Shown: positions 8,094 to 11,186 of the stretch, one piece after another
Numbering within the stretch: position 1 is the first letter of the stretch
How the letters are laid out: every line of letters starts with the position of its first letter
Assembly (NCBI GenBank): GCA_029564175.1
Contig: JAKQQL010000140.1
Location: 1 to 11,186, forward strand
From: Candidatus Cloacimonadota bacterium
GTDB lineage: Bacteria; Cloacimonadota; Cloacimonadia; Cloacimonadales; WRIO01
Length of the DNA stretch: 11,186 nt
Direction: 5' to 3'
Translations under genes and position numbers: made by a program
The notes under the pieces: model-generated
Databases searched by the model: none
What the model was told of the DNA's origin: nothing
The model's input: the letters and a program-made list of their open reading frames with translations, nothing else

Positions 8094-8135
8094 AATCTAA
8101 TAACTATCTTATCTAGATTAGCAAAGAATTAGATT
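8094..8135. promoter_or_regulatory. Nested palindrome, candidate operator
   Basis: AATCTAAT (8094-8101) and ATTAGATT (8128-8135) flank the central palindrome ATCTAGAT (8111-8118). All share the centre 8114/8115. Confidence 0.5.
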
Positions 8136-8153
8136 AAAGAAAAGGAGAGCAAG

Positions 8154-8792
8154 ATGTCATTACTCAATGAAAAAATTATCAATCAGGTAAAAGACTTGTT
8201 TAAAGGATTAGAAAAACCTGTAACAATGAAGTTCTTTACTCAGGAAATGGAATGTCAGTTTTGTAAAGAAACTCACTCATTAGTTGAAGAAATTGCATCC
8301 ACTTCAAACAAGATTAAATTTGAAGTCTATGATTTTCAAAAAGATACTGAACAGGTTAAAGCGCATAAAATTGATAAAATCCCCGCACTTGTTGTTATGG
8401 ATGAAAAAGACAGAGGTATCCGATTCTTTGGTATTCCTTCAGGCTATGAGTTTTCATCTTTAATTTCTGCGATTATGTTGGTTTCAACAGGCAGACATCA
8501 GTTAAAAAAATCAACTATCGACTTTTTGAATTACATACAAAAACCTGTTCATTTACAGGTATTTGTATCACCCACATGTCCTTACTGTCCTCCTGCAGTG
8601 ATTCTGGCTCATCAAATGGCTTATGTGAATGATTATATTACTGCAGATATGGTTGAATCCTCTGAGTTTACTCCACTTGCAATAAAATATCAGGTTCAGG
8701 GAGTGCCACGAACCATAGTAAACGATACAGAATATCTTGAAGGAGCTGCTCCTGAAGAATATTTAATCGAAAAAATAAAAGCCTCATTATAA
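8154..8792 (+). CDS. Protein disulfide oxidoreductase (PDO; two thioredoxin folds, AhpF N-terminal-domain-like)
   Basis: Two CxxC motifs (CQFC and CPYC); IRFFGIPSGYEFSSLI; cis-Pro loops KIPA and GVPR; EGAAPE; directly upstream of a thioredoxin reductase. Confidence 0.92.
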   Translation: MSLLNEKIINQVKDLFKGLEKPVTMKFFTQEMECQFCKETHSLVEEIASTSNKIKFEVYDFQKDTEQVKAHKIDKIPALVVMDEKDRGIRFFGIPSGYEFSSLISAIMLVSTGRHQLKKSTIDFLNYIQKPVHLQVFVSPTCPYCPPAVILAHQMAYVNDYITADMVESSEFTPLAIKYQVQGVPRTIVNDTEYLEGAAPEEYLIEKIKASL

Positions 8793-8806
8793 TTCAGGAG
8801 GAGAAT

Positions 8807-9769
8807 GTGCTTGATTTTAATCTTAATATTGCAGATGAGACTGACAGTTCTCAAATCTATGATCTGATTATCATTGGAGGTGGCCCGGCAGGTTTGACAG
8901 CCGGGCTTTATGCAGCCAGATATAAACTCAACACGTTAATGATAGAAAAAGCGTTTATCTCTGGCGGTCAAATGGCAGGGACAGAGTGGGTAGAAAACTA
9001 CCCTGGTTTTCCAGAACCTGTTTTAGGACAAAAACTGGCTCAGAACATGGAAAGTCAGGCTAAAAGTTTTGGTCTAAAGATTATCAATGCCTACGTTGAT
9101 TCGGTTGATTTAAGCCCCAAAATTAAAGAAATCAAATCAGGAGAGACGATTTATAAAACAAAAAGTGTTCTGATAACAACAGGCGCTTCACCACGAAAAT
9201 TAGGTCTTGCTAATGAAGAGCAGTATAAAGGTAAAGGGATAAGTTATTGTGCTACTTGCGATGGGCCAATGTATCCAGACAAAAAAATTGCAGTTATTGG
9301 AGGGGGTAATTCAGCCTGTGAAGAATCTCTGTTTTTGGCAAAATATGCAAAAGAAATCGTTATCATTCAGAATCTTGACCATCTGACAGCAGATCCTATC
9401 GTTATTGAAAAGCTTAAAGCTGAACCAAAGATAAAAGTCAGGCTAAATTCTACCTTACGCTCTTTTGACTTTTCAAATGCGCTGAATAGGCAAATCCTTA
9501 TCGAAGATTCAGTGTCTCATCAGCAAGAGACTCTATTGATTGATGGGATTTTTATTTTTGTGGGAATGATCCCAAATACTCAATTATTTGAAAATCAGCT
9601 TGAACTCGATCATGGTTACATCAAAACTGATAATTCCCTACAAACAAACATTTCTGGAGTCTATGCAGCAGGTGATGTAATCGTAAAAGAACTCAGACAA
9701 GTAGCGACTGCAGTAGGAGATGGGGCTTTAGCAGCATATAAAATCAATAAATTCCTGGAAGATCATTAG
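8807..9769 (+). CDS. trxB: Thioredoxin-disulfide reductase (low-Mr type)
   Basis: FAD motif IIGGGPAGLTA; ENYPGF; redox centre SYCATCDG; IGGGNSA; TNISGVYAAGD; RQVATAVGDG. GTG start with RBS AGGAGG at 8796-8801. Confidence 0.93.
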   Translation: MLDFNLNIADETDSSQIYDLIIIGGGPAGLTAGLYAARYKLNTLMIEKAFISGGQMAGTEWVENYPGFPEPVLGQKLAQNMESQAKSFGLKIINAYVDSVDLSPKIKEIKSGETIYKTKSVLITTGASPRKLGLANEEQYKGKGISYCATCDGPMYPDKKIAVIGGGNSACEESLFLAKYAKEIVIIQNLDHLTADPIVIEKLKAEPKIKVRLNSTLRSFDFSNALNRQILIEDSVSHQQETLLIDGIFIFVGMIPNTQLFENQLELDHGYIKTDNSLQTNISGVYAAGDVIVKELRQVATAVGDGALAAYKINKFLEDH

Positions 9770-9808
9770 AAACAAGAACTCTAATTCTAAAGTTATAATT
9801 GATTATTC

Positions 9809-9840
9809 AAAATGAGGATTGTTAAATCCTCATTTTTTTT
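9809..9840 (+). terminator. Rho-independent terminator of the PDO-trxB operon
   Basis: AAAATGAGGATT, GTTA loop, AATCCTCATTTT: a perfect 12-bp stem running into T8. Confidence 0.85.
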
Positions 9841-9871
9841 AAAAGGAAAACCCTGACCGAAGCCAGGGTTT
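9841..9871 (-). terminator. Rho-independent terminator of the adhesin-like gene
   Basis: The minus strand reads AAACCCUGGC-UUCG-GUCAGGGUUU-UCCUUUU: a 10-bp stem with one G-U pair, a cUUCGg tetraloop and a U-rich tail. Confidence 0.85.
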
Positions 9872-9893
9872 AGAGGATTGTATGAGATTCGGA

Positions 9894-10997
9894 CTATTTC
9901 ATAAGAATCATTTTAGCAGTTGCAGTGTGAGTAGGTGTGGTCATTCTATAGAAGTAAACACCTGAACCTGCGTTCTTGTTCTGATCATCTTTACCATTCC
10001 ATACAACAGAATGATTACCTGTAGTCTTGTTTTCGTTAACAAGCGTACGAACTTTTTGACCTTTAACATTGAAAACTTCAATAGTTACATGAGCGTTTTC
10101 TTTAATGCTGTATTCGATAGTTGTACTTGGGTTAAATGGATTTGGATAGTTTTTACCTAAAGAATTTTTAACAGCAACAGGATTATTACCTTCAGTTGCA
10201 GTATTACCTTCAATTTTAATGGCATCAATTTTCATTGCAAACATATCAGTTACATCGTGATGACGGAATGCAAGGTAAATATTCTGACCAGCATAAGGTA
10301 AGGAAACTGTTCTTTGTTCGTAGTCACCACTAGCTAAAGTTTCAGAAAATACTGATGTAAAGCTTGCAGGCTGAGCATTGGTAGTTGAAACCATAACACT
10401 GTAATGTTCACCAGCCCAGTCTGGATCTTGAGCAGCTACCCAGTAAGTCAATGTATAAGCAGCACCTGCTGGCAATGTAATTGAATTTGTGATTAAATAG
10501 TTATCTGGAGTAAGTGCACCAACATTGTTAATATAAGAATCAGATTTAGCACATTTTGTTCCTTCGTATGCATATTCATTAGCACCTTCATTTTCAAAAA
10601 CAGCCCAGTTATTGTTATCACCGTCTGCATCTACTAATGTCCAACCGGTTGGAGGGAATGTTGCACCTTCAAAACCTTCGTCTAAAACAAAGTTGCCTGA
10701 TCCGCCAATAGTAACATCAACGGTATTAGATGGAGCGGATTCACCTTCCTGATAAACAGCTTTTACATAATAGGAATGATTTCCGGCAGGAACATTTGAA
10801 TCTGCATATTGTGTAGTTGTAATGGTATTATTGGTAATAACTGTTCCATCACGATATACCTTATAACCAGTTAAAGTAGCATCACCCGCTTCAGGAGCAG
10901 TCCATGATAAACTGACGTTATTTCCATTCACCTGAGCCACTAAGTTAGTTGGAGGATTAAGAGTAACTCCACCACCTAATTCAGATAAATGAATCAT
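9894..10997 (-). CDS. Surface protein: FN3 + cleaved-adhesin (choice-of-anchor J) + FlgD-Ig/T9SS type A-like sorting domain; probably the 3' remnant of a larger Omp28-domain gene
   Basis: FN3 (PPTNL..VSLSWTAP..GYKVYRDG..YYVKAVY..ESAPSN); cleaved adhesin (EGFEG..PTGWTLVDADGD..TPDNYLIT..EHYSVMVSTT..YLAFRH); CTD (NYPNPFNPSTTI..WNGKD..SGVYFYRM..KMILMK). There is no signal peptide or RBS at 10997, and the frame stays open to 11057 (DVILVAFVQDPSSKVIYQGQ). Confidence 0.82.
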   Translation of the reverse strand: MIHLSELGGGVTLNPPTNLVAQVNGNNVSLSWTAPEAGDATLTGYKVYRDGTVITNNTITTTQYADSNVPAGNHSYYVKAVYQEGESAPSNTVDVTIGGSGNFVLDEGFEGATFPPTGWTLVDADGDNNNWAVFENEGANEYAYEGTKCAKSDSYINNVGALTPDNYLITNSITLPAGAAYTLTYWVAAQDPDWAGEHYSVMVSTTNAQPASFTSVFSETLASGDYEQRTVSLPYAGQNIYLAFRHHDVTDMFAMKIDAIKIEGNTATEGNNPVAVKNSLGKNYPNPFNPSTTIEYSIKENAHVTIEVFNVKGQKVRTLVNENKTTGNHSVVWNGKDDQNKNAGSGVYFYRMTTPTHTATAKMILMK

Positions 10998-11048
10998 CTG
11001 ACCTTGATATATTACTTTTGATGAAGGATCTTGTACAAAGGCTACAAG

Positions 11049-11186
11049 GATAACATCTCAAAAGTTGGTGTAAAAAGATAAAAAAAAAGGTTGATCCAGA
11101 TCCAACTCTTTGTTTTATTGAATTTGAAAATAAAAAAGACAAGGAGTAGATCATGAATCAACCAAAGACAAAGAAAAATGAGCCAA
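11049..11186 (+). mobile_element. Probable left end of an insertion sequence (IS256-like terminus), partial
   Basis: The host reading frame ends abruptly here. GATAACATCTCAAAAGTTGGTGTAAAA resembles the IS256 terminal repeat as I recall it (GATAAAGTC...TTGTGTAAAA). Inward-facing RBS and ATG inside an RBS-occluding hairpin. The other end and the transposase body are not visible, and the boundary is uncertain by about 10 bp. Confidence 0.55.
11153..11186 (+). CDS. Start of an ORF running off the window (MNQPKTKKNEP...), possibly a transposase
   Basis: AAGGAG at 11141-11146 and ATG at 11153, open to the window end. Only 11 codons are visible, so the product is inferred from context. Confidence 0.45.
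   Translation, partial: MNQPKTKKNEP

Noticed and set aside
7911..8132. 73-aa hydrophobic ORF with a TTG start
   Set aside because: No RBS; it starts in a terminator T-tract and spans the repeat, poly-T runs and promoter. The Phe/Leu richness is compositional.
11058..11117. Selenocysteine or readthrough at the minus-strand TGA (11060-11058) extending the adhesin gene
   Set aside because: The frame beyond it is low-complexity (from A-tracts), hits TAA at 11117-11115 and provides no signal peptide. Truncation explains the data better.

Overview
AT-rich bacterial chromosomal segment made up mostly of housekeeping and envelope genes. The NYPNPFNP...KMILMK C-terminal sorting domain and the OM beta-barrel suggest a diderm, most likely Cloacimonadota or a related FCB lineage (inference). 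Left to right: (1) a tightly packed + strand operon: 5'-partial HDOD protein, COG0731-type radical SAM with a winged-helix-like tail, OM beta-barrel with Ca-binding-type loops, and a class V PLP cysteine desulfurase-like enzyme; (2) a convergent - strand operon: lepB, hemW and a secreted GATase-like protein; (3) a stand-alone 93-aa coiled-coil protein with a C-terminal TM helix and its own terminator; (4) an intergenic region with a 4x11-bp phased repeat and a 42-bp nested palindrome; (5) a two-CxxC protein disulfide oxidoreductase plus a thioredoxin reductase that lacks the NADPH HRR motif; (6) back-to-back terminators; (7) a - strand FN3/cleaved-adhesin/sorting-domain gene that is cut off inside an Omp28-like domain at about 11049-11057 by what looks like the left end of an insertion sequence (IS256-like end, RBS-sequestering hairpin, new ORF running off the window). 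No CRISPR array, rRNA or tRNA was seen. No complete novel system can be proven from sequence alone. The best leads are the IS junction, the radical SAM + desulfurase + beta-barrel operon, the non-coding repeats upstream of the PDO/TrxR pair, and the secreted GATase-like enzyme.
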